Below are positions 29,067-36,312 of a DNA stretch of 36,312 nt, piece after piece. The notes under the pieces are model-generated. The model was not told the DNA's origin and made no database searches. It saw only the letters and a list, made by a program, of their open reading frames with translations. The stretch comes from Pseudodesulfovibrio sp. (lineage in GTDB: Bacteria; Desulfobacterota; Desulfovibrionia; Desulfovibrionales; Desulfovibrionaceae). The DNA lies in the NCBI GenBank assembly GCA_022712815.1, contig JAFLJW010000030.1:1-36312 (forward strand), in the 5' to 3' direction. A program made the position numbers and the translations under genes. Position 1 is the first letter of the stretch; every line of letters starts with the position of its first letter.

Positions 29067-30890
29067 TCATATATCTTTTACCATTGTAGGATGACGTAAC
29101 GGCTTCTTTTCCCACCAGCATTCCAAAGCCAGGCCGTACCCGGGCCGCACCTTAGGGAACCCGAACCGGTCCCACCAGGCAACCCGATAAAAAGGCGAAG
29201 CCCCCAAGGGAATTACATAATCTCCCCAGAGCAACACCCGGTCCAAGGCTCGCCCGGCTGCCACGGTCATTTCGCGGTCTTCGGCCAATGCCAAAGCGAC
29301 AGTCAAGGCATCCACTTCGGGACGAGCCACACCTATGAGATTCCGCCCCCCTTCCATCTCGGCAGAAGAGGAATGCCAGTAGAGCATCTGCTCCTGACCA
29401 GGCGTGATCTGCTGACCATAGCCGGAAGCCACCATGTCGTAGTCGTGATCGCGTAATCGACGGATAAACTGCGGGGAGTCCACCAGCATGATCTGCATAT
29501 CCACACCCAGACGGCATAATCGGTTTCTGAAACTCAAGGCGATGCGACGCATGGACGTGGAATCCGTAATCATGGAAAAACGAAGTGATTTGCCTGTCTC
29601 GCGGTGGACCAGAGCACCATCCTGAAGCTCGTAGCCCGCCTCGGCGAGCAGCATGGAGGCCTCAAGCAGATTGGTCCGGTTGAAACCATCACCGGATGAG
29701 GCAGGAATGGAACGCACAGTATCAAACAGGGCCGGTGGCAAGGTGCCACGGAACGGTTCGAGGAGTTCTAACTCCTTGCCTGTAGCCGGACCTTGAGCGG
29801 CCAATTCAGAATTGGTAAAATAACTGGTGTTACGCGGATATTGACCGAAAAAGAGTTTCCTGTTCACCCATTCATAGTCAAAGGCGTACATGAAGGCACG
29901 ACGAACGCGCTGATCCTTGAAGACGGGCCGTCGGATATTAAAGAAAAAGCCTTGAATGCCCATAGGCTGTTCGTGCCGGATTTCTTCGCGAACGACCTCC
30001 CCCGAGTCAAAGATCGGACCCGTATAAAGCATGGTCCACACCTTGGCAGAATGTTCCTGCCGAACGTCATAGAGACCAGCCTTAAAGGCCTCAAGGGCCA
30101 CGGTTGAATCCCTGAAATAATCATACCGGATAATATCAAAATTGAACTGACCACGCCGGGCCGGATGATCTTTTGCCCAGTAATCTTCCACCCGCTCATA
30201 CACAATTTCACGGCCAGGCTTAAGGGAACGCACCCGATACGGTCCGCTGCCCAGAGAAGGGACCAAGGTAGTATTGTCCAGATTGATTTTTTCCCAATAA
30301 TGAGCCGGATACACCGGCAACTGCCCGAGAATGAACGGAAGGTTACGCGGCGCATTCGGCTTAAAGGTAAAACGCACCTTGCGCAGTCCCAATGGCACCA
30401 CGGATTCCACATGCTGGAAAAACCGACGAAAGGCATTGCCCATACCTTTTCCCAACGACTTGTAGGTAAATACGACATCATGAGAGGTAATGGGTGTACC
30501 ATCGTGAAACCGTGCCCTCGGGTCCAGATAAAAAGTAATCCATGACCGGTCTTCGGGCATCTCGATCTTCTCGGCGATAAGTCCATATTGTGAAAATGGA
30601 TCATCTTCAGCGGCAACAGTCAGACTGTCGTCCAAAAAGTGAAAGCCAGCCGGGGGACGCCCTTTGGTACAAAAAAAATTGAAATTGTTGAAACGCCCCG
30701 TGGCGTGCTGCCGTAGCTCACCGCCCTTGGGTGCATCTGGATTCACGTAGTCGAAATGACTATAGTTTGCCCCGTATTTTGGCTGCCCTGACGAGGACAA
30801 TGCATGCATGAGCGGAGCCGCCATGACCATTGATGAAAAAAGGCAACCGACCATGAACAGGACGACCAGCAGTAGTCTGAGTTGAAACAA
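29067..30890 (-). CDS. yejA: ABC peptide/metallophore-type solute-binding protein (family 5), YejA-like; start uncertain (TTG 30890 or ATG 30947)
   Basis: Signal peptide ending VMA-A; PKY..HFDYVNPDAPKGG, YGLIAE, ARFHDG, GSGPY, YWAKD, NFD..YDYFRD, RALDRVLLWG. Confidence 0.88.
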   Translation of the reverse strand: MFQLRLLLVVLFMVGCLFSSMVMAAPLMHALSSSGQPKYGANYSHFDYVNPDAPKGGELRQHATGRFNNFNFFCTKGRPPAGFHFLDDSLTVAAEDDPFSQYGLIAEKIEMPEDRSWITFYLDPRARFHDGTPITSHDVVFTYKSLGKGMGNAFRRFFQHVESVVPLGLRKVRFTFKPNAPRNLPFILGQLPVYPAHYWEKINLDNTTLVPSLGSGPYRVRSLKPGREIVYERVEDYWAKDHPARRGQFNFDIIRYDYFRDSTVALEAFKAGLYDVRQEHSAKVWTMLYTGPIFDSGEVVREEIRHEQPMGIQGFFFNIRRPVFKDQRVRRAFMYAFDYEWVNRKLFFGQYPRNTSYFTNSELAAQGPATGKELELLEPFRGTLPPALFDTVRSIPASSGDGFNRTNLLEASMLLAEAGYELQDGALVHRETGKSLRFSMITDSTSMRRIALSFRNRLCRLGVDMQIMLVDSPQFIRRLRDHDYDMVASGYGQQITPGQEQMLYWHSSSAEMEGGRNLIGVARPEVDALTVALALAEDREMTVAAGRALDRVLLWGDYVIPLGASPFYRVAWWDRFGFPKVRPGYGLALECWWEKKPLRHPTMVKDI

Positions 30891-30904
30891 ATCCGTACGT
30901 CCAT

Positions 30905-30930
30905 TGATGGGTGCCCGAGGGCACCCATCA
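30905..30930. other. Perfect inverted repeat directly after the TonB-receptor stop codon
   Basis: TGATGGGTGCCC-ga-GGGCACCCATCA, with no U-tract on the minus strand. Confidence 0.75.
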
Positions 30931-30934
30931 TTTG

Positions 30935-32950
30935 TTAAAAAGCGCATGAAAGGCCGATCTTGGCGTTACGCCCCCTATCCCGACCACCACGATAGGTGAG
31001 ATATTTCTGATCAAAAAGGTTATCGACACCAAGGTCCACACGGAGTCCATCGTATCCCATGACATCTTTGGGCGTCCAAGCCACGGCAAATCCATGGACA
31101 TGATAATCCGGCACTGTGTCCGTGGAACCGTTCCACGGCTGATACCCCTTGGATTCTGCAGTATAGTCAGACTTCCAGGTCAGACCGAGATCGTACTCGG
31201 GAATATCAGTATACAAACGCAATCCTACCTGCTCCGGAGTCTGCCCCACGCGGGCGCCGGTGTCTTCGTCCATGCCCATAACCTTTCCATAAGTAAGGCT
31301 CATGGCATACCGCTCGTAAGCGTAATGCATTTCCGCTTCGTAGCCGAAACGACGCACACTCCCGGTGTTGACAGTCGTCCAACGCATGTTCGGCGCAACG
31401 CCACCGATAAACTCTGCGCTCTGAAAGTCTTTGATGGTTTCACGAAAGTATACCAATTTCAAACGCAACGGATCGTGCCCGGTAAAAACGCCGTCAAAGG
31501 TCAATCCGGTACCGTATTCCCAAGTCTTTGCCGTTTCCGGTTTGAGATTCGGATTGGGAACCACCTGGCCCAACCCCGGCCAATCCATAAAGAGATAAAT
31601 CTCATTCAAAGACGGCGGACGAAATGATTCCGCATAGGTGGTAAAAACGTTGAGCCAACTCAGCGCCTTCCAGTTTACGGTCACCTTGGGACTGACCTTT
31701 GTTTCATTCTGACCAGGCCACGCGCCATTATCCACCGCACGGTTATATTTAGTATAACGAACAGCCGGAATAAGAGATAATCCAAAGGGCAAAGAGATGT
31801 CATCCTGAACAAACATGCCGAAATCCCAACCTGTGGCCTTAGGCCTGGATTCATCAGACACATGGTCCCGGTTGCCCTTCTGGTCGTTGATGTAATAATC
31901 CGTACCGGCAGTCAGGGTATGATAGAACGCGTCCTTGATGCCGAAGCGGAAGGTATTCTGAATGTCCCCCCCCCAGGAAACCATGGTATCGTCGAACGCC
32001 GTGCCGATGTCCGATTCATTGTAGCGGTAGGTATATTGCCCAACAGCACGCAAATCGAGCCAGCCATTGTTCGCGGGATCAAGGTTATAGTTGGCTGTGA
32101 ATTGTGTCTGATCAGAACGGTATGAACTGCCGCTCTGAGTAGCATAATTATCCTTGAACTTATGAAGAGACAAAGAAGCGTACTGCCCGTCCGAGGGAGT
32201 CATAGACCCCTTCAGGAACTGGGTCGTACTATGGCCGGTGCGATGCATCACTGTATTTGTACCGTTCGGAGAGCTCGTGCGCATATGACCAAAATCACGG
32301 GTAGTAATATTGGCTACCAGGCCAAACAGATCGGAACCGACATAGCTTGTGGCGGAAAACCATTTCTGGGAATCCACGCTTTGATATCCGCTACCGATAC
32401 GGGCACCAGCCTTTTCTCCCGACTTGAGGAAATCCTTGGCATCCTTGGTGCGCATGGCAATGACACCGCCGATACCACCGGAGCCATGCAAAGTGGATGA
32501 GGGGCCGCGCACGACCTCCACCTGCTTGAGCAGGTTGGGGTCCATGACCACCGGACTCTTAGCATTTCCAGCATTGTCGTTGTACTGCTGCTTGGCACCG
32601 TCTATTTTGATAATGGTCTGTTCGTCATCCAAGCCACGAATACTCGGCACCTGAAAATAGGTCGATGTACCTCCGGAAAAATCCACATTGGGAACATTGT
32701 CCAGCAGGTCCTTCAAACTCGTCGGTTGTTCGCGATTAATCTCCTCCTCTCCGATAACAGACACCGACGCCGGAGCCTCAAAAGCAGAGACTTCCGTACG
32801 GGTCGCGGAAATAACGACGGTATCAAGTATGATCTTGTTCTTTGCCTCTTCCTTGCTCTCGACATCCTTTTCGGCTTCTCCCCCCACGGCGATGCCAGGC
32901 AATGCCAAGACTATGATCATCAAGATGATCAGTTTGTTTACAAACCTCAT
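30935..32950 (-). CDS. TonB-dependent outer-membrane receptor, haem/haemoglobin-receptor-like scaffold
   Basis: Signal peptide, TonB box LDTVVISAT, plug IRG...IDG, VEVVRGPSS..GSGGIGG, FRPP/NPNLKPE, DNLFD, C-terminal Phe; RBS AAGGA. Confidence 0.93.
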   Translation of the reverse strand: MRFVNKLIILMIIVLALPGIAVGGEAEKDVESKEEAKNKIILDTVVISATRTEVSAFEAPASVSVIGEEEINREQPTSLKDLLDNVPNVDFSGGTSTYFQVPSIRGLDDEQTIIKIDGAKQQYNDNAGNAKSPVVMDPNLLKQVEVVRGPSSTLHGSGGIGGVIAMRTKDAKDFLKSGEKAGARIGSGYQSVDSQKWFSATSYVGSDLFGLVANITTRDFGHMRTSSPNGTNTVMHRTGHSTTQFLKGSMTPSDGQYASLSLHKFKDNYATQSGSSYRSDQTQFTANYNLDPANNGWLDLRAVGQYTYRYNESDIGTAFDDTMVSWGGDIQNTFRFGIKDAFYHTLTAGTDYYINDQKGNRDHVSDESRPKATGWDFGMFVQDDISLPFGLSLIPAVRYTKYNRAVDNGAWPGQNETKVSPKVTVNWKALSWLNVFTTYAESFRPPSLNEIYLFMDWPGLGQVVPNPNLKPETAKTWEYGTGLTFDGVFTGHDPLRLKLVYFRETIKDFQSAEFIGGVAPNMRWTTVNTGSVRRFGYEAEMHYAYERYAMSLTYGKVMGMDEDTGARVGQTPEQVGLRLYTDIPEYDLGLTWKSDYTAESKGYQPWNGSTDTVPDYHVHGFAVAWTPKDVMGYDGLRVDLGVDNLFDQKYLTYRGGRDRGRNAKIGLSCAF

Positions 32951-33005
32951 AATAACATCCTTCTACAATTTAAAAAACCCTTCCAGGATTGCTCTTTCGA
33001 AGTAC

Positions 33006-33854
33006 CTATGCCCCAAGAGCTTCGGCCCAACGCAACATGGCGCCGGGAATTTTAACAGGAGCACCGGGGCTACAGTCCGGCAGAACTAAGATGGCCTGAT
33101 TGGCAAAGGCCGGGACCTTGAGAAGGTCAGGGTCAGCAGCGATCATTTTTTTCAGTGTGAGTTGAGGAACGTACGCATCGCCCAGTAAAGCAATGACATC
33201 AGGAGCAGCCACGTCCAGCCCTTCAAGGCTGTCAACGACCGTGAAGCCGAGACCAACCGTATCGCCTGTGGCCACATTGTCCCCCACGGATACGCATCCG
33301 GTAGGTTTGAGCACCAGCTCGTCGGCGTCTCCACCGGAATTTTCCACCATGAGAAACGACCTGTCGTAATTTTTATGAGACAGTCCCATGAGGACCAAAA
33401 CCTTTTTGTTGAGATCCCGTGGCATGAGGCTTTGAGCCTCTTCCAACTCTTTTTCATATTGGGCAGCACGCTTCTCAGCGAGTTTATCGCGACTATAAAT
33501 GACACCTGCCTGACGGATCGCATCGGACACCGACCCATTGAAATCAATGACATCCACGGAGTACCCATGATCGACAAGTTCATCCGCCATGTTCGCAGGG
33601 TTGGCCGTACTGCCGTTGTTTTCCAGAACAATATGGTTGATGCTCATCTTCTTGGCCGTGTAATGAAGGAGTTTGCGTTTCTCTCCCATGATGCACAAGA
33701 CGCACTCCATATGTCTGCTGAACGGGTATCGCTCTTCGATCATAGGTACTGTGCCCGTGGACATAGCCTTGCAATAGACCCCTACTGCGCCGCATACATC
33801 CACGACCTTGTCCCCGATAAACACCGAATCCGCCATGGTTGGTTGCAATTTCAT
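33006..33854 (-). CDS. Helical-backbone (Fe-siderophore/B12-type) binding-protein homologue lacking a signal peptide, with CxxC
   Basis: Class III SBP-like segments (AIRQAG..., KKVLVL, LEGL...PDVI, VPA..N..I); CVLC; ATG 33854 behind GAGG. Confidence 0.6.
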   Translation of the reverse strand: MKLQPTMADSVFIGDKVVDVCGAVGVYCKAMSTGTVPMIEERYPFSRHMECVLCIMGEKRKLLHYTAKKMSINHIVLENNGSTANPANMADELVDHGYSVDVIDFNGSVSDAIRQAGVIYSRDKLAEKRAAQYEKELEEAQSLMPRDLNKKVLVLMGLSHKNYDRSFLMVENSGGDADELVLKPTGCVSVGDNVATGDTVGLGFTVVDSLEGLDVAAPDVIALLGDAYVPQLTLKKMIAADPDLLKVPAFANQAILVLPDCSPGAPVKIPGAMLRWAEALGA

Positions 33855-33875
33855 AATCTTCCTCACTTATTTGAA

Positions 33876-33899
33876 TTTGATTCTAATTTTCATTTTCAA
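33876..33899. promoter_or_regulatory. Fur-like box
   Basis: Minus strand TTGAAAATGAAAATTAGAATCAAA; core TGAAAAT-T-AGAATCA resembles the Fur 7-1-7 dyad; lies upstream of a TonB-receptor operon. Confidence 0.65.
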
Positions 33900-33935
33900 T
33901 ACAGATGGCTACCCGTCACGCAATCACTCACTAGT

Positions 33936-33951
33936 AGCCAGAATCACGCCA
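33936..33951 (-). promoter_or_regulatory. sigma54 (-24/-12) promoter
   Basis: Minus strand (T)TGGCGTGATTCTGGCT with GG-N10-GC spacing, AT-rich tract upstream and a sigma54 activator gene adjacent. Confidence 0.62.
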
Positions 33952-34008
33952 AAATCTGAGAAAGACAAATAATCAATAATATTAAGTGATTAAATCAAAA
34001 TCAAGAAA

Positions 34009-34044
34009 AAATAAAAGTGGGGCTAAACAGCCCCACTTTTATTT
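34009..34044. terminator. 16-bp perfect inverted repeat: terminator of the activator gene and/or activator binding site
   Basis: AAATAAAAGTGGGGCT-aaac-AGCCCCACTTTTATTT, T-rich on both strands. Confidence 0.7.
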
Positions 34045-34131
34045 GTAAAATCTCAAAAACAAATTATTTAAAATGGTTACGCACTATTAAGCAAAAACAC
34101 CTCATATTGAGAAACTTTCACCCCACTCTTC

Positions 34132-35553
34132 CTAATTCTCGCTCTCAATTTCCAAGCCATACTTCCGTATTTTTGCGAAAAGTGTTCGCCGATCAATCCC
34201 AAGGGCCTTGGCGGTTTTTGTTCTGTTCCATTGATACTCGAACAGAGCAGTCGAGATGGCGTCTGATTCGCACCGTTGCACATGTTCCTGAAGGGTATTT
34301 CCATTCAAAGAGATTCGTTGCATGTCCGACGTATCAGTGTCGTTGCAAGACCGGGTTATATCCATAAACCCCAAGGCCATATATTGATGGATTTGGTTTT
34401 TCAATTCGCGCACATTACCTGGCCAGTCATAATCCATGATCACCTTGAGAAATTTACCCGGCAAAAAGCAGTCTTTGTCACTGCAATCAAGAAAATGAGC
34501 AACCAAAAGAGGGATATCTTCCTTGCGCTCACGAAGCGACGGGAGATGCACGGGAATGACATTGATACGATAAAAAAAGTCGGAACGGATATGGCCGTTT
34601 TTAACCATCTCAGCAAGATTCCTGTTGGTGGCGGCCACCACACGAATGTCCGGTTGGACCACCTCGCACCCTCCCATTGGTATGAAACCATCGCCCTCCA
34701 ACGCACGAAGTAACTTCACCTGCATGGATTGAGGAATCTCGCCGACTTCATCAAGAAACAGGGTCCCACCGTGAGCGGCTTCCAAAAGCCCCTTCTTGTC
34801 CTTGTCCGCGCCGGAAAAGGCCCCTTTCCTGTAACCGAACAGTTCGCTTTCCATGAGATTTTCTGGAATGGCACCGCAGTTGACCGGTATAAAAGGTTGC
34901 ATTTTCCGACTGCTGACCCGATGAATCTCCCTGGCCACCAATTCCTTCCCCGTGCCTGATTCACCATAAATGATGACGCTTTCATCGACCTGTGCGACTT
35001 GAATAATGGCACTGAATACCATCTGTATGGACGGAGACTTTCCAATCATATCGCCGAATCGGCAATTACTAAAATAATCACGGAATTCACTTATCTGGCA
35101 CCGCATACCCGACTGAATTTTCTTGTAGCCTGAACAATCGGAAACCATCCCGTCCACATAAAGAAGTTTACCGTAAGCGTCATAAACCCCGACTCCCGAG
35201 TCCCAGACCCATCGGTCAGAGCCATGCTTGTGTTTGGTAACATAGGCCATGGAAAAGTTTTTTTTGCGCCGCGACATATGTTCGGATTCGTCTCTGAAAG
35301 CCTGTTGATCTGATGGATGAATGTAGGAAGCGTACCCTCTTCCGGCAGAGCCCATCATTTCATCAGGATCGAAGCCCAACAGCTCTCGGCAACCAGAACT
35401 GATGTAAACAATCGACCACTTGCCGTCATTGACACGTCGGTATGCCATACCCGTGACTGCATCAAGCAAAGAACGGGCTGACTCTGTCAACTCAACTTTG
35501 GCGTTGCTGCTTTCCGGTTGCGATGCACCAGCCGTTCCAATAAGCGCTTTCAT
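34132..35553 (-). CDS. PAS-domain sigma54 enhancer-binding protein (one-component); start uncertain
   Basis: PAS (YISSGCRELLGF, IHPSD, RWVWDSG), GESGTGKE, GAFSGA, FLDEVG, WPGNVREL, WNRTKTAKALG HTH. Confidence 0.92.
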   Translation of the reverse strand: MKALIGTAGASQPESSNAKVELTESARSLLDAVTGMAYRRVNDGKWSIVYISSGCRELLGFDPDEMMGSAGRGYASYIHPSDQQAFRDESEHMSRRKKNFSMAYVTKHKHGSDRWVWDSGVGVYDAYGKLLYVDGMVSDCSGYKKIQSGMRCQISEFRDYFSNCRFGDMIGKSPSIQMVFSAIIQVAQVDESVIIYGESGTGKELVAREIHRVSSRKMQPFIPVNCGAIPENLMESELFGYRKGAFSGADKDKKGLLEAAHGGTLFLDEVGEIPQSMQVKLLRALEGDGFIPMGGCEVVQPDIRVVAATNRNLAEMVKNGHIRSDFFYRINVIPVHLPSLRERKEDIPLLVAHFLDCSDKDCFLPGKFLKVIMDYDWPGNVRELKNQIHQYMALGFMDITRSCNDTDTSDMQRISLNGNTLQEHVQRCESDAISTALFEYQWNRTKTAKALGIDRRTLFAKIRKYGLEIESEN

Positions 35554-35727
35554 GGAAATACTGTTGGTAAAAAGTGAAAGATGCCATACGCTAAAGAAAA
35601 TGATTCTCAAAGTCAATTAGCAGGAATTTTCATGCTGGCAAAGGGCTTCCCGAGTACGCACTCTTGTTTGCAATGATCTATTGAGACTCTCTGCGACACT
35701 CACTTCAGCACAGTCAGTATTCCCCGC

Positions 35728-35760
35728 AAAAAAAGAGCCGCCAGCATCCGCCAGCGGCTC
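35728..35760 (-). terminator. Intrinsic terminator after the small-gene pair
   Basis: Minus strand GAGCCGCTGGC-ggat-GCTGGCGGCTC followed by T7, about 10 nt after TAA at 35770. Confidence 0.8.
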
Positions 35761-35769
35761 TTCTTCTTT

Positions 35770-35941
35770 TTACGAGGCTCTGACGATCAACGTGCCATCG
35801 TCGTCAGACTCCTCTTCAAGCTCCAACTCATCATCGCAATCGATGGAACTGGAGTTCTCGTCCTCGCCCATGGCGAAGAATACCGGTTGCAGCCAGAATA
35901 CCGACAGCGACTCCGCCAATGAATGGCCAGAAGCCTCTCAT
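35770..35941 (-). pseudogene. Small single-TM protein with acidic tail, interrupted by an apparent 1-nt insertion near 35881-35887
   Basis: RBS AGGAGA + ATG 35941. Removing one base gives 56 aa MRGFWPFIGGVAVGILAATVFFAMGEDENSSSIDCDDELELEEESDDDGTLIVRAS ending just before the terminator; as given the frame stops at 35831 after 36 aa. Confidence 0.55.
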
Positions 35942-35943
35942 GG

Positions 35944-36150
35944 TTATCTCCTTGTTTTAGATTTAAAACTCAGTGTCGCAACTGTTGCAGCGATATTGAC
36001 CAATAACGTGATGATCCACATGCTCGCCAAGCTGTTTCCTACTGCAGCCCCGGCAAAGAAGCCTGCGAGCATACCGGTTAGGCCTCCGATGACTAGGCCG
36101 ACACCTGTGCCGACTACCGCGAGATGATGACATTCTTGAGAGAATGCCAT
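35944..36150 (-). CDS. Small glycine-zipper-like membrane protein
   Basis: 68 aa, GxxxG-rich hydrophobic stretch (GTGVGLVIGGLTGMLAGFFAGAAVG) plus a second hydrophobic helix; AGGA RBS; its stop abuts the next ATG. Confidence 0.65.
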   Translation of the reverse strand: MAFSQECHHLAVVGTGVGLVIGGLTGMLAGFFAGAAVGNSLASMWIITLLVNIAATVATLSFKSKTRR

Positions 36151-36266
36151 GAGGTCCTGTGCGAGCGGTTTGAATATTGATGTCTTCGATTCAGATGTCA
36201 GAATGGAAGGAGAAAAATCAGTACCCCCGACAAAGCCGGGAGATATCTCAAGGAGGTTAGGGGAAT

Positions 36267-36312
36267 TAGGGAGGTGTCCTCATAATTACGAACTTAGGGG
36301 GACACCTCCCTA
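36267..36312. repeat. 13-bp perfect inverted repeat (possibly longer, cut by the window end)
   Basis: TAGGGAGGTGTCC-N20-GGACACCTCCCTA. Confidence 0.8.

Noticed and set aside
33855-34131. Cobalamin riboswitch upstream of the TonB-receptor operon
   Set aside because: Region is AT-rich and lacks recognisable B12-box/GCCACTG core elements; sigma54 and Fur-like sites explain it better.
35681-36127. 148-aa Ser-rich + strand ORF
   Set aside because: TTG start with no clear RBS, runs through a terminator, and its Ser runs mirror Asp/Glu codons of the minus-strand gene.
1-36312. CRISPR array, tRNA/rRNA, transposase/integrase, selenocysteine read-through
   Set aside because: No regularly spaced repeats, RNA-gene signatures, recombinase motifs or split ORFs needing UGA recoding were seen by eye.

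Overview
Chromosomal segment whose gene content and order suggest a sulfate-reducing Desulfovibrionaceae bacterium (inferred, Pseudodesulfovibrio-like). (1) 1-4.7 kb, + strand: housekeeping operon nnr (5'-truncated)-CBS protein-tsaE-lysC-cimA ending in a bidirectional terminator. (2) 4.8-17.7 kb, - strand: signalling-rich cluster. A sensor kinase/NtrC-family pair lies upstream of a clear sigma54 promoter that heads an operon of four stand-alone receivers, a Cache-type kinase, a TauE/SafE permease, a small membrane protein, a PEP-synthase-like phospho-His enzyme with a non-canonical C-terminus, and probably a Rossmann-like/PAS kinase. (3) 18.1-25.3 kb, + strand: uncharacterised module of an output-less PAS/GAF protein, a FadR/GntR regulator with several TTGGT-N3-ACCAA-like operators, a small protein with a twin-arginine-like motif, a Trp-rich polytopic membrane protein, a Tat-exported metallo-beta-lactamase-fold hydrolase and an N-terminally extended CobW/COG0523 GTPase. 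This is the best candidate for an undescribed system. (4) 25.3-35.6 kb, - strand: PAS-sigma54 activator, then a sigma54 promoter and Fur-like box, a signal-less CxxC binding-protein homologue, a haem-receptor-like TonB-dependent receptor lacking the haem-ligating histidines, and a YejABEF-like ABC importer. (5) End: two tiny membrane-protein genes (one apparently frameshifted) and a 13-bp inverted repeat at the window edge. No rRNA, tRNA, CRISPR array or transposase was recognised.
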